Assembly (NCBI GenBank): GCA_036172245.1
Contig: JAYWIR010000002.1
Span: forward strand, 5,394,001-5,458,000
From: Raillietiella orientalis
Taxonomy: Eukaryota
Direction of reading: 5' to 3'
DNA length: 64,000 nt
In this document: positions 1-13,569 of the stretch, piece by piece
Layout: every line of letters starts with the position of its first letter
Position numbering within the stretch: the stretch's first letter is position 1
Notes under the pieces: model-generated
What the model was told of the DNA's origin: nothing
What the model saw: only the letters and a program-made list of their open reading frames with translations
Databases searched by the model: none
Made by a program: the position numbers and the translations under genes

Positions 1-786
1 GAGCATAAAAATGGCAGTAAAGATGTTATAGATGGATTTGACGTGATTTATGAGCAGCAAATCAGTTAGGAGAGAAGTACGAGGCCGGAATACTTTATCT
101 GGTAATTGATTTTTAGCAGTTTTCCTGAAGAAAATAAATCAAATGAAAAGCTCATCTGAATCTGCAAATGTGCAGTTCTAAAACAAATGATCCCCAAATA
201 GACTTTATATTTTACGAACGACTGTTTAATATACAATGTTCTCAACTAATGACAAAGCATAATACACTCATTTCACTTGTCTGTTTCACATTTCTTTGGA
301 TTTAATCACAACCTTTCTTCTTTTTTTGATGCTAAAAGTCTTTCACAATAATTCAGGTTCTCATTAAGAAGTAAATGCGGTTTTAAGATGCAAGAAATTG
401 AAAACATGAAAAATTGAAAAGAAGCAAAATTATACCATGTATCTATTTGATGTTCATTTTATTCCAGTCTCATTCCTCATTAATAATAGGAACAGGAACC
501 ATTTTTTTTCTTGTCATGTAAATGAGTTGACATCAGTAGATATTGATAAATACGGAATCCATATCAAGCTAAAACCTAAAACAATTCTTTAAGTTGTACT
601 ACTACTAATGCTGATTAAAAGGTGCTAACATGTAAAGCCAAGCTGCCACAAAATCTATACCACAAGTACCACATAGCTGCTTAATAAAACAACTGAAACA
701 AAGTACAGCACAATTATTCTAGCTGGATGCACAGCAAATTTTGGCAATTCTAAGCATGAACATGCAACTGAAAGCAGAAGCCTTAC

Positions 787-902
787 TGACAATGTGCTAT
801 GAGAGCAATCATCATCAATGAAACAGATATCTTCTTCCTTTCTCATGGAAAGACGAATAAAGGTATCAAAAAACAACAGATCAGCCACAATGATAGAATT
901 TC
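787..902 (-). CDS. Candidate internal exon of an unidentified spliced gene
   Basis: On the minus strand it has a TTTTTTAAAG acceptor and a GTAAGG donor. The frame is open: NSIIVADLLFFDTFIRLSMRKEEDICFIDDDCSHSTLS. Context is AT-rich and intron-like. No family recognised. Confidence 0.35.
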
Positions 903-2241
903 CTTTAAAAAATGCTCCTTAGAATAAAAATTCCTCCTAATAAACACAATGAAGCTAATGGCTTTGAAATCTTAAAATAATAATATCATTTTTTTGGTAA
1001 ATACCAACTGTTCTTAAATTTGCATTTGGAGAACTACAGCACAATAGCACTCAAATTCTGTAGATTATTCCATAAATGGTATATATGCCTACATATTGCC
1101 TATTATACATATGCCTACATATTCTTCCCATTCCATAATCACATTCAGGAATTCCATTTTTTGATTTATTTTCAAATTAACAATACCTAACAATGATCAA
1201 TCTTAAACATTATACTCCATTATAAGAAGACTGCTATTTTAAAATCTACGTTTTCAAGCACAAAACTGAACCTGATGTCTGTGGCAAAAAATAGAAAAAA
1301 AACTAAACTTGTAGTTTAGGACAAGATGATGATAGGACATCAGTTTGAGCAATAAATGTGAGTGAACAAATATTGACAAATAAAACTGCACAAACATTGC
1401 AAATACTTACTCGTTTCCAGAATCACTTATGCTAATTTTAATAAATTCGGGTATGACACACAAACACAGGATGTTATGCAATTAAATGTCATCATTTGTG
1501 AATAATTGAGAAGTAGGAGGAAAGATGAAAACCACGTAAATCTATGTACACAAGTGTAAGTAACAACTTAATCACTGTTGTACTGATTAAAAAAAGAATG
1601 CATGCCCAAGAACTCTGAGTAAAATGTTTCCTTAGGGTGAAAATATCAGTTTTGTTTTCTGTAAGAACTCTTCAAGGATTTAAAAATAAGTTGAAAAATT
1701 TCAGGTCATTGAGAGTAAAACATGCCAATCAGAATGCAAGTGAATTTCTAACAAATAAGGATATATTCATGAGGAAACTACAGTGAATAAACCAAAATGA
1801 AACAAGTGAAAGTACTTGGTTTACAAAGGCTTCTTCACAGTGCCAACCATTACAAACAAATTACTAACAGTGTCCCCCCCAAAACATATGCTCCTTCAAC
1901 TATTGGGTCTCTAAAATTCATAAGGACAATTAATAACTAAACCAAACAACAAATACTGGGATGCATCAAAACCTCTGGCAGGAAGCTGCATAGCAGATTG
2001 TTGTGTTAAATGTTGTGGAAATTTTAATGCTTTAAAAGCTTAGTGTTATTGAACTAATCCCTCAACTAACAATGCACAGAAAACAAAAGGATTCAGATCA
2101 AAGCATAAGCAGGGAAGACACCTGCAGATGTTGGAAAAATTTCCTATGATTAATACAAGGTGCAATATTGGTGATGTGATGAAGAGTGCACTGTATAGCA
2201 CAGTGAAACAAACCAAAAATTTACGATAACAATAAACTCAC

Positions 2242-2342
2242 TTTTCTTTCAGTGTTCCTGTGGAATCCACATCTTCTAAAAGCCTCTTCTGAAGACACTG
2301 CAAATGATGAGTGATGGTTTTCTTAAGACTTTCTTGTAGCTC
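2242..2342 (-). CDS. Candidate internal exon of an unidentified spliced gene
   Basis: Acceptor CTTTTGTCAG and donor GTGAGT; open frame ELQESLKKTITHHLQCLQKRLLEDVDSTGTLKE. Confidence 0.45.
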
Positions 2343-3138
2343 CTGACAAAAGTACATTTAACATTTTTGGATAGTAAAATAAACAGCTGCACAATAACTT
2401 CATTACTTAGGTCCTACACATAAATTCCAGTGAGCAAGGGTCTAAAGTATCAACCACCCTAGAGTGAGTTTTTTTAATGAATTATCACCATATGACAGGT
2501 GTAAATTAACTCTGCTTAGTTCGGCGGATCCAATCAAAATTTGACAACCCAAAATCACATTCTTCACAAAACATTTTTTGTTTTCCAATAAGAAAACTCC
2601 AGATATCAAAGTGGTGCAAAACTTTTGGAATGTCGTCAAATCTGTCTTTATCAACTTGTTTTTAAGAGCACCGCATTTCAATTCACGAATGCAAATGCCT
2701 GGTGAATTGAAAAAGGTACTTTCTGCTTCGCTTTGTGGCAAAAACATATTGGAAAAAGGTCAACTTTGTTGAAGGACTAGCATCATCAAATTTCCTTGTA
2801 TTAAGTTGGAAACTTTCATATATCCACTATCATGCTGCACCGGGATGGCATGCGACTCCCAACAATAATTAGGGATTTCGTGGAATGATCAACTCAATGA
2901 TCATGCCTCTCTTATTTGATTATTCACTGTACAGAGAAAAGAGAACGTACGTAATGCATGGAAAACGCTGACATTGCAATGTCCGCAGAAGCTGTCAGAT
3001 GTTCAGAGAGAAATGAAGATTTCAAACGAAATTTCAAAAGCACACGAAAATTCTGGGTTTGCCGGTGAGTAACACGGTCACTATACACCATCGACTACTT
3101 CGGAAAGGGGAAAATTTTTCCAAGAAACAGCCCCTTAC

Positions 3139-3228
3139 TTGCAATTCCTCTTCTGCCTGGGATTTCCAGATCTCCTTTAGCAGATGTGAGGAGGAGTCCA
3201 AATCTTCCACTTGGAAGAGAACAGTTTG
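3139..3228 (-). CDS. Candidate exon (90 nt, phase 0-0) of the same unidentified gene
   Basis: Acceptor CCTGCAG and donor GTAAGG; reads QTVLFQVEDLDSSSHLLKEIWKSQAEEELQ. Confidence 0.45.
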
Positions 3229-3399
3229 CTGCAGGCACACCGTTCTCCCATTCAGCACATGACATACCTTGTTCCGACTTCATGTTGGATGACGTTCGTC
3301 TTGTGAATCCTGTCCCCGAAGTTCAGAAAAGCCTTGCACCAGAACACCGGCGGTTAACACCACCACTCCATGTCTCTGAAGCGAACCTCGGGCATCACC

Positions 3400-3800
3400 G
3401 TATCTGAGCCAGCCAGCCCGAACGTTCGTTCCCTGCGTGCAGCGGGGCGAGGGGGAGGGCGAAGCAGGCAGCCCACGGGACCTGCCGGCGCGGAAGGCCC
3501 TCCCGCGTCGGCCGCTCCCGAAGAGGCGCCGGGAAGGAGGGGAAGCAGACAAAATACGGAGGGGGCCTCCTCCCCCCCCCCTTCGCACCGCCACACCCTT
3601 GGCGAAGAGTGGTCCGGAAACCTCTCCCTCCGAACGACACCTGACCGAAAGAGAAGAACCTTTCAGGAAATTCGGTTTCCAGTGGCCGCCGACCCGACAC
3701 CGGATGGGATGCTTCGGCTGCAACCGTGTTGCCCTCATCAGGATGCTTGCGGCGGTCGCATGACCAAAGACCCGCTCGACAGACACCCGCGCTTGAGCTT
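3400..3800. promoter_or_regulatory. CpG-island-like GC-rich patch, likely promoter/5' end of the minus-strand gene
   Basis: Abrupt GC- and CpG-rich block between AT-rich flanks, just upstream of the candidate exons. Confidence 0.35.
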
Positions 3801-4702
3801 TGCATACTGAGATCCTAAACTGGAAACTTTAATTTTGTCTCGAAAGCGTTCGCCATAATCCTTAAGGCTTTACTTCCTACCTGTATTGCGTGAGTGCACA
3901 AAATTGCAAAGTTGTAGTAGAAATTAGACTGTACTTTCTTTCTTCCTAAAACCACGCCTTCTGACTACATATGAAGTGTTTACAAAATGCAGATTCAAAA
4001 GAGGTTCTTCGTGTTAAAGCTCTCCATTCCTTGGAATGCGATCCTGGATAGCAAGACTGCATGTTGCTGATGACAACCACACGAAACCATTCATGTTGTA
4101 TAATTTATATTATATACAAATTATTCACTTATGTTTAAATATACCAACCTAATAAGCTAACTTTGCAAACTTGTATAAGGATCGCTTTGTTAAATGGCAG
4201 CACTTAGTTTACGACGGATGTATTGGTCTCATTGACTGCTAGTTTGACTTTTTATCCCTCAAACAATTTAAACCTACATTCAAGTGATATAAAGCTGAAA
4301 TTTTCAAACAGAAACAAACAAAAAAATACAGAAGACGAAGAAGAATGGCTGTAGCACGCTTAAATTGCAGCAAACTGGATACACTATTGTAATTTAAAAT
4401 GAAAACTGAGGAATGTTTACATAGAAACCAGTCAAGAGTCGCTAGTGACCATGAGAACAGCTAATGAAGCCGTCTGCTAAGTTGTACAATCAGTTCTTAT
4501 CTCCTAAAGTAGCATTTGGTAGGAAACTCGTTTAGAGAGAAACTTTCATAATGTAGTTAAGAGCAAAAGACGAACGATACTTCAAATTTCCGTGTTAGTC
4601 AGGATGTAACGTTTAGAATCCTTTTCACCTAACCACTGAATCTTTGTGATGCCTGGACTTTAAGGAGCAAAAAGTAAAAGAGCTTTCAAGTTATTTGTGG
4701 AT

Positions 4703-5190
4703 CTATGAGAGAAGGTAAGCAGTAGCACCCTTGGTGTGTTCTACGAATTCATCGAGGAGTTCACCAAAGGGAGTGAAACTGGGAGGATGGTTCATGTTTT
4801 GTAGGTTATGGAGAGTAGACGTGTGGATTGCTGTGTACTTGGCGGAGGTTAGCCGCCTTCTTTGTGGTTGTTCGAAGTGTGAAACTGAACTGGTTTCAGG
4901 ATAGAATAGAGAGTATGGATTTAGGATGCTTGCTTTTTTTCGTTTCTGTCGGAGCATTGATTTATTGTGTGCTGGAGACTCACTGCGAGATGGTTATTTA
5001 TGGGGAGTGGAATAGGAGAAGACTCTGATTGTGATGTATGTGGTCATTTGATGACGAAGGGTGGTGCCTCGATACCGGTATGATGAGTTGATGTATGGCA
5101 TTGGAGATTTCGTCGTATTGTAGACTTTATTTCTGTTGTGAGGCAGCGGGTAGAGATGGCAGTGGATTCATTTTACTTCTGCGTTACCAT
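4703..5190 (-). mobile_element. Possible decayed 3' part of an RNase-H-bearing LINE (I/LOA-like)
   Basis: Weak resemblance only. LQCHTSTHHTGIE resembles the RNase H WiPsH-GI motif. RRRLTSAKYTAIHTSTLHNLQNMNHPPSFTPFGELLDEFVEH resembles the RLR-GHT...PP-C-C...H tail, but the Cys residues are lost. Confidence 0.25.
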
Positions 5191-5699
5191 GAACAGTTGG
5201 CACGAATGTTATTCAGGATGACTAATAGCTAAGAGCCACAGCTGCCACTATTCCTTGTGGGTGCAGAGTTCATCAGATTTAAACGCTCTGCATTGAAGGC
5301 ACGCGAGCAGTCGCAGCTGGACGGAATGCTTTTCCGCGTACCGCGTACCCTACCGACCGACCGTGTACAGTGCTGATTAAAGTTACTATAATGATTGTTT
5401 GTTGTCACAAACAAAATATTTTCATTTTTCCCGAACATATATTATTTATTTAAAAATTGTAATTATAATTCCGAGAAAATCAATAATCCATTTGGGTGCG
5501 GTACCCTATGATAAATTATATACGACACAACTATAATATTATGCTCGGATAGTTAGTCGATATAGATAGCAATTTGTTTACTGCCGTTGCTAAGGGACGC
5601 AACTGCGTGTGTGCCCTTCTCTCAAACATGGGCCGTGTCAACTTATGTAGCGAGTGCAAGGTAAGAGCATTGAAGTAGATGCGTAGATGCGTCCACGGT

Positions 5700-5759
5700 C
5701 CACGCCGATCATTTTCGCCGCCGAATGCACACGTGCGCCCATAGCACTCAAAGGGTTAA
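5700..5759. mobile_element. piggyBac-like terminus (single end)
   Basis: The minus strand reads TTAA-CCCTTTGAGTGCTATGGGCG, i.e. a TTAA target followed by CCC, typical of piggyBac ends. No partner TIR was found in the window. Confidence 0.4.
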
Positions 5760-6719
5760 AAGGAAGCCCAGTTGACGACTGAGACTTCCGAATCACCGAG
5801 GAGGAAATTTTCTCAAGCACGCAAACTCTTAGGAAAATCAACTCCGTTGGTACCGAAATCTCTATTTCATGGCCGGTCACTTGGCGGGATACAGAAATCC
5901 ATGAAGATCAACAGCACGTAAATCTTTATTTTTATCATTAACGGCTGGAGAAACTTGGGACTCTCGTCCCCAATTAGTTCAAGAGCTTTCGCAACATCGA
6001 TATGGCAAGGGAGATTTTCCCCGATCCTCTTGAGCCATGAATTGCAGGGGCCAAACTAAGAAGGAGCGTTGGAAAAAGATATCTTGAAAGATTAGATAAC
6101 TGAATACCTCGGAAAAATGGGGAACTGAGGGGGAAAAATACATTCTAACTGTAAGCATTCCATTCAGTGACCTCTCATGAAGAGATTTCACATTAAAGGA
6201 AAAGAAAAAAAGCTTATAGCGGAAGCTCTTTCTGCATTGGTAAGAAGGGAGGAGAATTTTTCCGCGAGGGATGTCGAAATTTCGGTAAAACTGAGTGTAG
6301 GTTCACCACGTATCTTCAGAAACGCTAAAGTGAAAGGAAGATCAGAGAGCTACCAACCCACTGCAACAGACGCACGTGCCTTTTTCCACTGAGATGAGCA
6401 CCGTTGCTCTCGGAAACGACTTGAAGGAATCTCAGCTAAATGAACCAGCTAACCGAAAAGGATCCCATCTCAATAACAAGATGGCTGACTCCGAATTCAT
6501 TCTCGAAATGGCATGCTAATGTTCGTGTGCAGATCGATCCCAAGATGGATTCTCTTTTCCGCGCTTCCTTATCGGGAATGTATGGGTCGGGGAGCATGTT
6601 TTCTACTTTTACTTCGGTATTACTACAGCGGCCACGTGCCACGCGTGAGCTTTCAGAGAGCGAGCACCTGTTTCTTCATTTGAATCACCGGCATCCCAAA
6701 TGAAGGTTTCCAAACAGAG

Positions 6720-8950
6720 AAAGTCTGCACTTTATATCGCTCCATGGATTGGAAGGCGAGAGAAGCTTTATTCCAGTTGACTTCCCAAACAAAAAGAAAA
6801 TTCCATCGAGGAAAAACATCACAGGAGTCACCACCACTCGGGATCTAACGTGGGATCTCCTGAAATTGCTCCGCCTCCAACTAAAGTTCGGTCATCCACG
6901 ATAATATTTCAAAGACTTGAAGTGCGACCTCGAAGCAGGCCATTATCTTATAGAAAACGATTCATTGCTGACGCACTCGTCTTGTTCCGTTTCAGTTGAT
7001 TTGAGACAGGTGAATTTCCAGTTCGGTCTCAGTTGGTGCGTCCAATGAAACGCACCAAGGTTACGAGCTAGTTTTGATCGTGTGCCGAAGAATTTCTTTT
7101 GCATTCTCGTAATGGGGACGATCTGCTCTGCCTGCCTAAAGCAGAGAAGGGCTCTTGCAGAGTCGGCCAATTAGTTGTATTGTGTCGGCCAATCGAGCGG
7201 ATCACTTGTTCTTACAGAACAATTCTCTCGATCTATCGGATCCAACCACCAAGACATTCATCGCCTGCAACTAGGAGTATATTCCCTGCAATCGTGTGCC
7301 TCACCTCTCTTCCCTGCACTCGTAGGCATCAGGAGTCAACCAAACACCAAGTAGAAAGCAAAGGGTTGAAGCATCCATAGTCCTACAGGAGTGAATCGAA
7401 TCTGCTACTGGTAACCCAGCACCACAAGAGATCAGGAACGCACCTCCAGTTGGCATACGTTGCTGAAAAACTAGGAGTCCATTGTCCACTTTTCGCGAAA
7501 CGATTGTCGCTAATAAATCACTCGTGCCGTGCTGGCGAGCGAGAGGAAGAAGCAGATCGCTTTGGGTGTCGGAATGCTTTCCTACGAATGAGGAAACAGC
7601 TCTGCGACGCAGTCTTTGTCAGAATCGCGAGGTCTCCGCTGCATGCTCTGCAGTGGTCTGCGGGCAGCACCGTTCCGATGCGACCTTGCAATGTGTGGAA
7701 GGAGTTCCAACATCTCTAAAAATGAGGACCTCTAAAAGCAAAATATAAATGCTTAGGTAAATTCCAAGAGAGGCCCGGCAGCCGGACAGGGGATCAAATA
7801 GGTCTGGCTAGCCTCCGGCGGCTTCACATTTCTAACAGAAAGAGAATCCTCGTTGCTCTCGCCGTTGCAGATGCAGCCAGGCAAAGTTCTTGACACAAGC
7901 AGCATCTCTTGCTCTCTGGGAAGCGCAAGTTCCTTTACTCTTGAGAACCAAGCTGCCATGTTCGCCCTCCTGAGCAAGTCACCCTCATTCGAAGTCGCTG
8001 CTGGTAAGTGATGCCCTGGTGGAACTTCACTGCTTCGACGCTTTCGGTACCGAAGGTCGCGATCATGAGACTCTGTTGGTCCCTGTTCACAGTTGTTGGC
8101 AGAGCCACGACGCCATAGCAGATCTTTCCTTTCTCCAGAGAGCCTCTCTCCGCTGCTTCAGAGATTTCTTCGGGAACCAGAGTTGATGTGTTTCGCCTTT
8201 GTTGTTGTTCTCCAACACCTCCTGCGCGGTGAGGAAGGGATGGCGACCTCGTTCCCTATGCCGATGGGCCCGAGTTCGTTTCCAAATCGGCTATCGTCCG
8301 TCGTCACGGGTTGATTGCTTGCTCCGGGCAGGTTCCCCGGATGCGCAAAGCATCGTCCACAGGAACGGACGGCGTGTACTCTGATGTCTTCGATTTCAGA
8401 TGTTCCCCTCCCGCTTGCTTGAGCCCCATTCTTCTCGTGGCGGAATCCTGGAGGACCGTTGCAGAGAGAGCACCGTGGAGCAGCAACTTGTTTACTCTTC
8501 AGATGACGCGTGCGGTTGCGATCGCCGGCATTCGTTTGCGACTGGGGCTGCTGAGGTCTCTGAGGCGCGGATTGGAACTCTGCGTCGCCTGAGGTCTCGA
8601 GAAGCCGCGGCCTGTCACGGCAAAAAGCGTTTCCGTTCCAGCGCGGGAGTTCGCGAAATCAAGGGGTGTCCATTTGCCTTTGGATTGCCCGTTCGTCCTC
8701 CGGAATGACCGGCTCAGGCCAGCCACGGGGCATCTTTCGGTTTTGCAGGCTCTCTTAGATTCGAAATGTGCCGAAGACCACCATTCCAGGCATACTAAGA
8801 ACCTTCACTTTGAAATCGAGGATAGGCGATCATTCGACTCTTTTCTTCCTACCCTGTTTTTTCCACCCAACGAGGATGCGCTCGAACATCACCGGTGCAG
8901 ATGTAGGATCCGCCATCTTTGCGAGCTGGCAGTGCTGGTTGTGGGCTCTG
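6720..8950 (-). mobile_element. Decayed CR1/L2/Jockey-group LINE ORF2 (endonuclease-RT fossil)
   Basis: Colinear motif remnants across frameshifts: AGDRN (GDFN), LQRSSRIPPRE (LxQxVxxPTR), LWFPKK..EALWRK linker, RANMAAWFSRV, LGVWLTPD (RT domain 7), ITRMQKKF, FYKIM and NWNK. Confidence 0.5.
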
Positions 8951-9184
8951 GACGAGAGAGCAGAGCAGTGATCACATTCGCAAGACACAGAACAAAGCAG
9001 CTATGGGGAAAGAACTACTCTTGGAAAGAGCGCGTGGGAGCGGCTAGCAGTCTCTCTGCTGGATTCGACCTCCACGAAAGACGTGAGAAAGGTTTACAGG
9101 GCCCCTGCACGTGGGGGCTGCAGGTCCGGCCGCGAGTTCCCCGTGACCGGGGTAGCAGATGCGCTTTTGCTTCGTTTTCAAGCT

Positions 9185-9680
9185 TCACGCGGTACCGCTT
9201 GGGTTAGTCCACATAGGGGTCCTCAACCAGCATGGGTGAGAAGGGAAACGGGCGGGTCCGCACTCACCAGCCCTTCCGGCAACCAGCGATCTCCAGGTGG
9301 CACGGAGGATGTCCGATCGAAGACCGCAGCTGGCCGCCTCCCGGTGTAGGGCGAGGACAGGAAGCGTAGCGAAGGCCGCGGGCGACACGCCACCAACGGC
9401 ATGACAGATGCCTCCCGCGGTGTTCCCACTTCGCTTCGGGATTTCCTTCCACTCTAGGGCATTCCTCAAGGCAAGCGGAGGCTTCAGGGGGTAGCCTGAG
9501 ATGGAGCGGGAAGCAGCAGGCTCCTGTTTGGAGCCCGTGGGGATGGGGGCGTGGGCAAGAAAGGTGTGCATGGAGCGGTTCTCGTGGATCATCTGGGATT
9601 GCTGAGGACTTCTGCCTTGACCGCCAAGTTCGTACTTCACCCATCCACACTGCTTCCCTGCCGCCTTCTCTCGGTGCACC
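9185..9680 (-). mobile_element. L1/Tx1-like ORF2 fragment (post-RT region)
   Basis: LGGQGR...HTFLAHAPIPT...WKEIPKRSG resembles the lsl.GR..l.yla.v.p.P...pk..GG region of L1-clade ORF2. Confidence 0.3.
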
Positions 9681-10768
9681 GAGGAATCGGGATCACCTTG
9701 AATCGGAAAGGGGGGCAGCTCGGCAAGGAAAGTAGGCAGGAAACTGCACCCAGCAGCAGAGGATCCTCTACGGGGATTTCAGCGGGAAGGGTGACGCAAA
9801 AGAGCCCGAGGAGCCATCCCGTACAGGCTCTTCTCCAGGCGGCTGACGCTCGCTAGACTCCTCCAGGTTGTGGCATTCCTTGCGTGCAGAGCAGGAGGTG
9901 CGTGAGCCGAGTCGTGACCGGCGGTCCATTTTGAAGAAGAGGAAGAAGCGATCGGGGGTCGCGGTGGAAGGTGCCGAGCGCCACCGCGCCTGCGTGGGCG
10001 AAAACAAAGCCTCAGGGACTTCAGAGAGGCGCCTCGCTCCAGAGAGTAGGGTCCCCTTTTCCCTTTTTTCCTGCTCCAGGAAGAGGTCTCACGGATTGGA
10101 CGATCGGAAGATTCGCTCGGGAACGAAATCCGGATCTCTCCCTTCGGGAGCTGACACTGGGATGAGGGACACACACGAAAAGGTTCTCTGTTATTCCGGG
10201 ATAGGACATGGGGGCGAGGTCGAAAAGCCATCTCCTTCGGAGGATGGGGAGGAGGACCCTAGGGAACCTGTTCAGGAAGGTGTTCAAGGAGCAAGGAGGC
10301 AGGCCTGAGGGTGTCTGGTGCTCGGAAGCCAGTGGACAGAGTGGAGAACCCGAACGGACCCGGCAGGAATGGATGGAGGTCTCCGCGGCGTGTTGAGGGA
10401 GATCGTCCTGCAGGGTGCTCCGGGCTGGCTGTGTGGCAGGAAGAAGGGAGGCGGCTCCGAGGAGCGAAACGCCACCTCAGCCGGCGATCTCAGGGGAGCG
10501 AAAGGGAGCAAAACAATCTACAAAGACAAACAAAAAAGGAGAGGAACAGCAGAGGAAGTGCTGCGAGCGGCCGTTAAAGCGAAAACTCGACGCCATTTTT
10601 TTTTTTTTATGTAACGAAGCGCCGCATCCGGAGGGGCAGCCACGGAAGCGGAACCGTCAGGACATGGCCGGCCGGTAACGACTGAAGCGGCTTCCGTTGG
10701 GAAGCGAGGCGGCTGTAACAGCGAAGGTGCACAGGGCAAAGCGAAGCAGACAAAAACACCCAAACCCC

Positions 10769-11052
10769 AAATAAAATAAAATGAAGGAGAGTGGGATAAA
10801 TGAGGGACGCGATCGAGTAAAATGAACAGAAAGAATGGAGCACGGGATGGAACAGAATGAACAGAATCCGATGATTAGAGTAGAATGGAGCGGACAGAAT
10901 AGAATAGAACGTTCAGAATCCAATGAACAGAGCTCAATAGAATGAAAGAATGGAATAAAAAGATCCGAGTCCAATGAGTAGAGTAGAACAGAACGGACGG
11001 AATAGAGCCAAATAGGATGAATGAGAGTGTCGTTGATAGAATGGGATGAAGA
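10769..11052. repeat. Degenerate pentamer microsatellite (GAATA/GAATG/GAACA)n
   Basis: Runs such as AGAATAGAATAGAAC, GAATGGAATA and GAGTAGAGTAGAACAGAAC. Confidence 0.75.
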
Positions 11053-11917
11053 AAGACTCCTCGCGCCTTTTTTGGCAGGTGGAGTCCTGGAGTCACGCGC
11101 GCGGGCTCCTGGCAGCGGCAGACGGTTCAGGAGCAGCGCTCAAATGAGACTCCTCGTCCCTGCGCGTTAGCGTCAGCGGGAGTTGCGAGGGGAACGGAAG
11201 CCGCACCGAGGGTCCCGCGGTAAGATGGCGAGCTGGGGGACTGCTAGGGAGACGGGAGGCGGGGCGAGACTCCTGCAGGGAGGGATGGAAGCGTGCAACT
11301 CTGCACGCGCAGACGCGGGGCGAGGCAGCGCGCGCTCCGCGCAAGCATGGGGGCCAATTCTTCCTTAAGGACACCACCAACAGCACCAATGGAAACCGAG
11401 GGGAGAGCGTCTGTGCGGTCTCGCTGGACTCGCTGTGTTGCGAGAATTGAGCGGAGATGTTTGTTGTTTTTGAGGCAGGGACGGGCATCCTTTGGCCGGC
11501 AGATGCTCTCTGCTGAGGGGCGTGGAGTTCCTGCACTCGCGTCCACTTTGTTCCGCGGCTGCCACGTGACTCGCACCCTCTTCCCGAGGCCGAGGGACGA
11601 CCCGTGTCGGAGGCTTTGTGGTTAAGGCTTCCGCGCGTGGTACCATGCGTTGCGGGATCGAACACTCCAGAAGAAACTGACGCCACTGCGTCGTTGGGTT
11701 TCGAGTTTCTCCTGCAATGGCGTTGGTTGTCCGAGACATTCGGGTGTGGCACCGGTGGTGGTTTAAGCCGGAGGCCCCTGATGAAGGCCGGAACAATGGG
11801 AGTCGACCTTCGATCCTCCTGAATTTGGGAAGCGTCCCTTCGAGGTTCTCTTCAGAGGAGTGAAACAGGAGGGGATCCTTTCCGAGTTCCCTTCGGAGAA
11901 GATGAAATGGAGAGGAT

Positions 11918-12000
11918 CACCCTCCCCATTAGGGGGGTGTCCCTCCGGAAAGAATGAAGAAGGAGATTCCCTTCGATCTTCCCCTTCGGAGACAACCAGG
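11918..12000 (+). repeat. 83-bp dispersed direct repeat, copy 1 (copy 2 at 13570-13652)
   Basis: CACCCTCCCCATTAGGGG...CCCCTTCGGAGACAACCAGG; 75/83 identical by manual alignment. The adjacent 11826-11900 also resembles 55280-55405. Confidence 0.9.
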
Positions 12001-13299
12001 GTGGGAGATGCGATCTGCTCCATCCGGGGGAATCCCTCCTCGAGCGTGAGAGGAACGGACTCTGAGCCCTTCCTGGATTCATAGGGAGGACCCCTATTCC
12101 GGGGTGCCCTTTATCCTGAGGAATTAATTGAAGAATTACAGAACGACCAGGCATGGGGAGAAGTCAGAGAGGAGGAGGAGGAATCGGACCCCAAATGCAT
12201 GGCCGGACCTGGTCAGGCGACGTTCGAGGGAAAGGGGTAAACAGGAGAGCGTTTCCGAGGGAGAGGGGGGGAGGCGGAGGCGGCAGCGTAGGACCTCCTT
12301 GCAGGTCTTCCAGCTCAGCTTAGGACGTGTCCTCGAGCTGCGAAGAAGCGCCAAGGACGAGCCGGCGACCAGCAGCAGCGGTATAAATGGTTCGTGGAAG
12401 GAGACTGCGTGGACGGCCCGCGAATGTCCTCTTGGCACTCGAGCCCCAAGAGCAGAGACGTGGAGAGCGGCCCTGGTTGGTTGGAGCACTCAGGGGGGGA
12501 TCGGCGAAGAGCAGCACTCCTGGCAGGATGCGCGGAAGATCCTCAGGACGTCTCTCATCCTCCCAATACCGTGAGAAGGCGGACCGCAGACCGAGGGCAG
12601 TCCGTAGCTATCTTCGGGGCGTTCGGCGGAGGTCGCGCCCGGCAGCACCCGTCGCATTTTGGACTTCCCCCGGGAAGGGGCATTTTGGAGGGAGGGGAGA
12701 GCCGGCCACGGTTTTCATGGAGCGGGAATGCGAGGAATCCCCACGTGAGGAGGAACAGGAACGGCGCACGAATAAATAAATAAGTGGATGAATAAACAGG
12801 CAGTGCCGGGAGGCCATCCAAGCGCGGAGCCACAGAGCGGGAACCGAGTCCCAGGAATCTTCCGGGAACGCTCCCGCGCGGGGTATTGCGCAGCATCGGC
12901 CGGGCGCGTGTGGCACCCCTGCGGGGCCGCGTGCAAGATCTTTCCTCCGAGGCTCCAGGTTCCCGACCGTTCTGGTAGCGGTGCTTCCCGTGGGACTCGA
13001 AGGCGCCTCTCTCTTCTTCCTTCCCTCTCCACTCGCGTTGCCCCCCTGCTAGGCGACCAGCCCCGGTTGCAGATGCCCGCAGGGAGGGACCAGAGGGCAG
13101 AGGCCGAGGATTTTCCCTGGAGGAGCATCCGGTCCTCCGGTGCCGCAGGGCAGGTGCTCCGGACCGGGTCGGAAGGAGGAGGAAAGTCCGGAGCGCTTCC
13201 TTTCGTTCCACAGGGGAGTAGCACCGTCCGCAGCAGCCCACGAGTGGGTCTAGGGGACCAACGCCGGCGTCGGAGATGGAAGGCCGTCGATGACGATCA

Positions 13300-13567
13300 T
13301 GGGAGGGCGCTTGGGGAATGGGACGGGAGATCTTACGGGGATGCCTGCGGAGGGTGGCGGCGAGTGTGCCGCCGAGGGACGTCGAGGCGCGAGAGGCATC
13401 CTCGCTACGCCTGCCGGCACGCACCGCAGTGCTGCACCGCAGGAGGGCCAGAAGAGGCTTCCGCTCTAGGCAAGGGAGGGCCTGAGGGTGCCCGTCCTGC
13501 GCCCGGGGTGTGCTCGAAATGTGCGGGAGGGATGTCCAACCATCGCGGCGTCCGTGGGCAATGGTAG
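13300..13567 (+). mobile_element. Decayed L1/Tx1 ORF1 zinc-knuckle region
   Basis: RRVCRRG..RHPRYACRHAPQCC...GVCSKCAGGMSNH looks like three degenerate CCHC knuckles. Confidence 0.35.
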
Positions 13568-13569
13568 AC

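Noticed and set aside
3684..3760. Hammerhead-like core on the minus strand (CTGATGA-stem II-GAAG...GTC)
   Set aside because: The invariant GAAA is GAAG, stem III needs two G-U pairs, and stem I does not close next to the core. Likely chance.
4067..4100. CTGATGA...GAAAC hammerhead-like motif
   Set aside because: The stem II and stem I arms do not base-pair.
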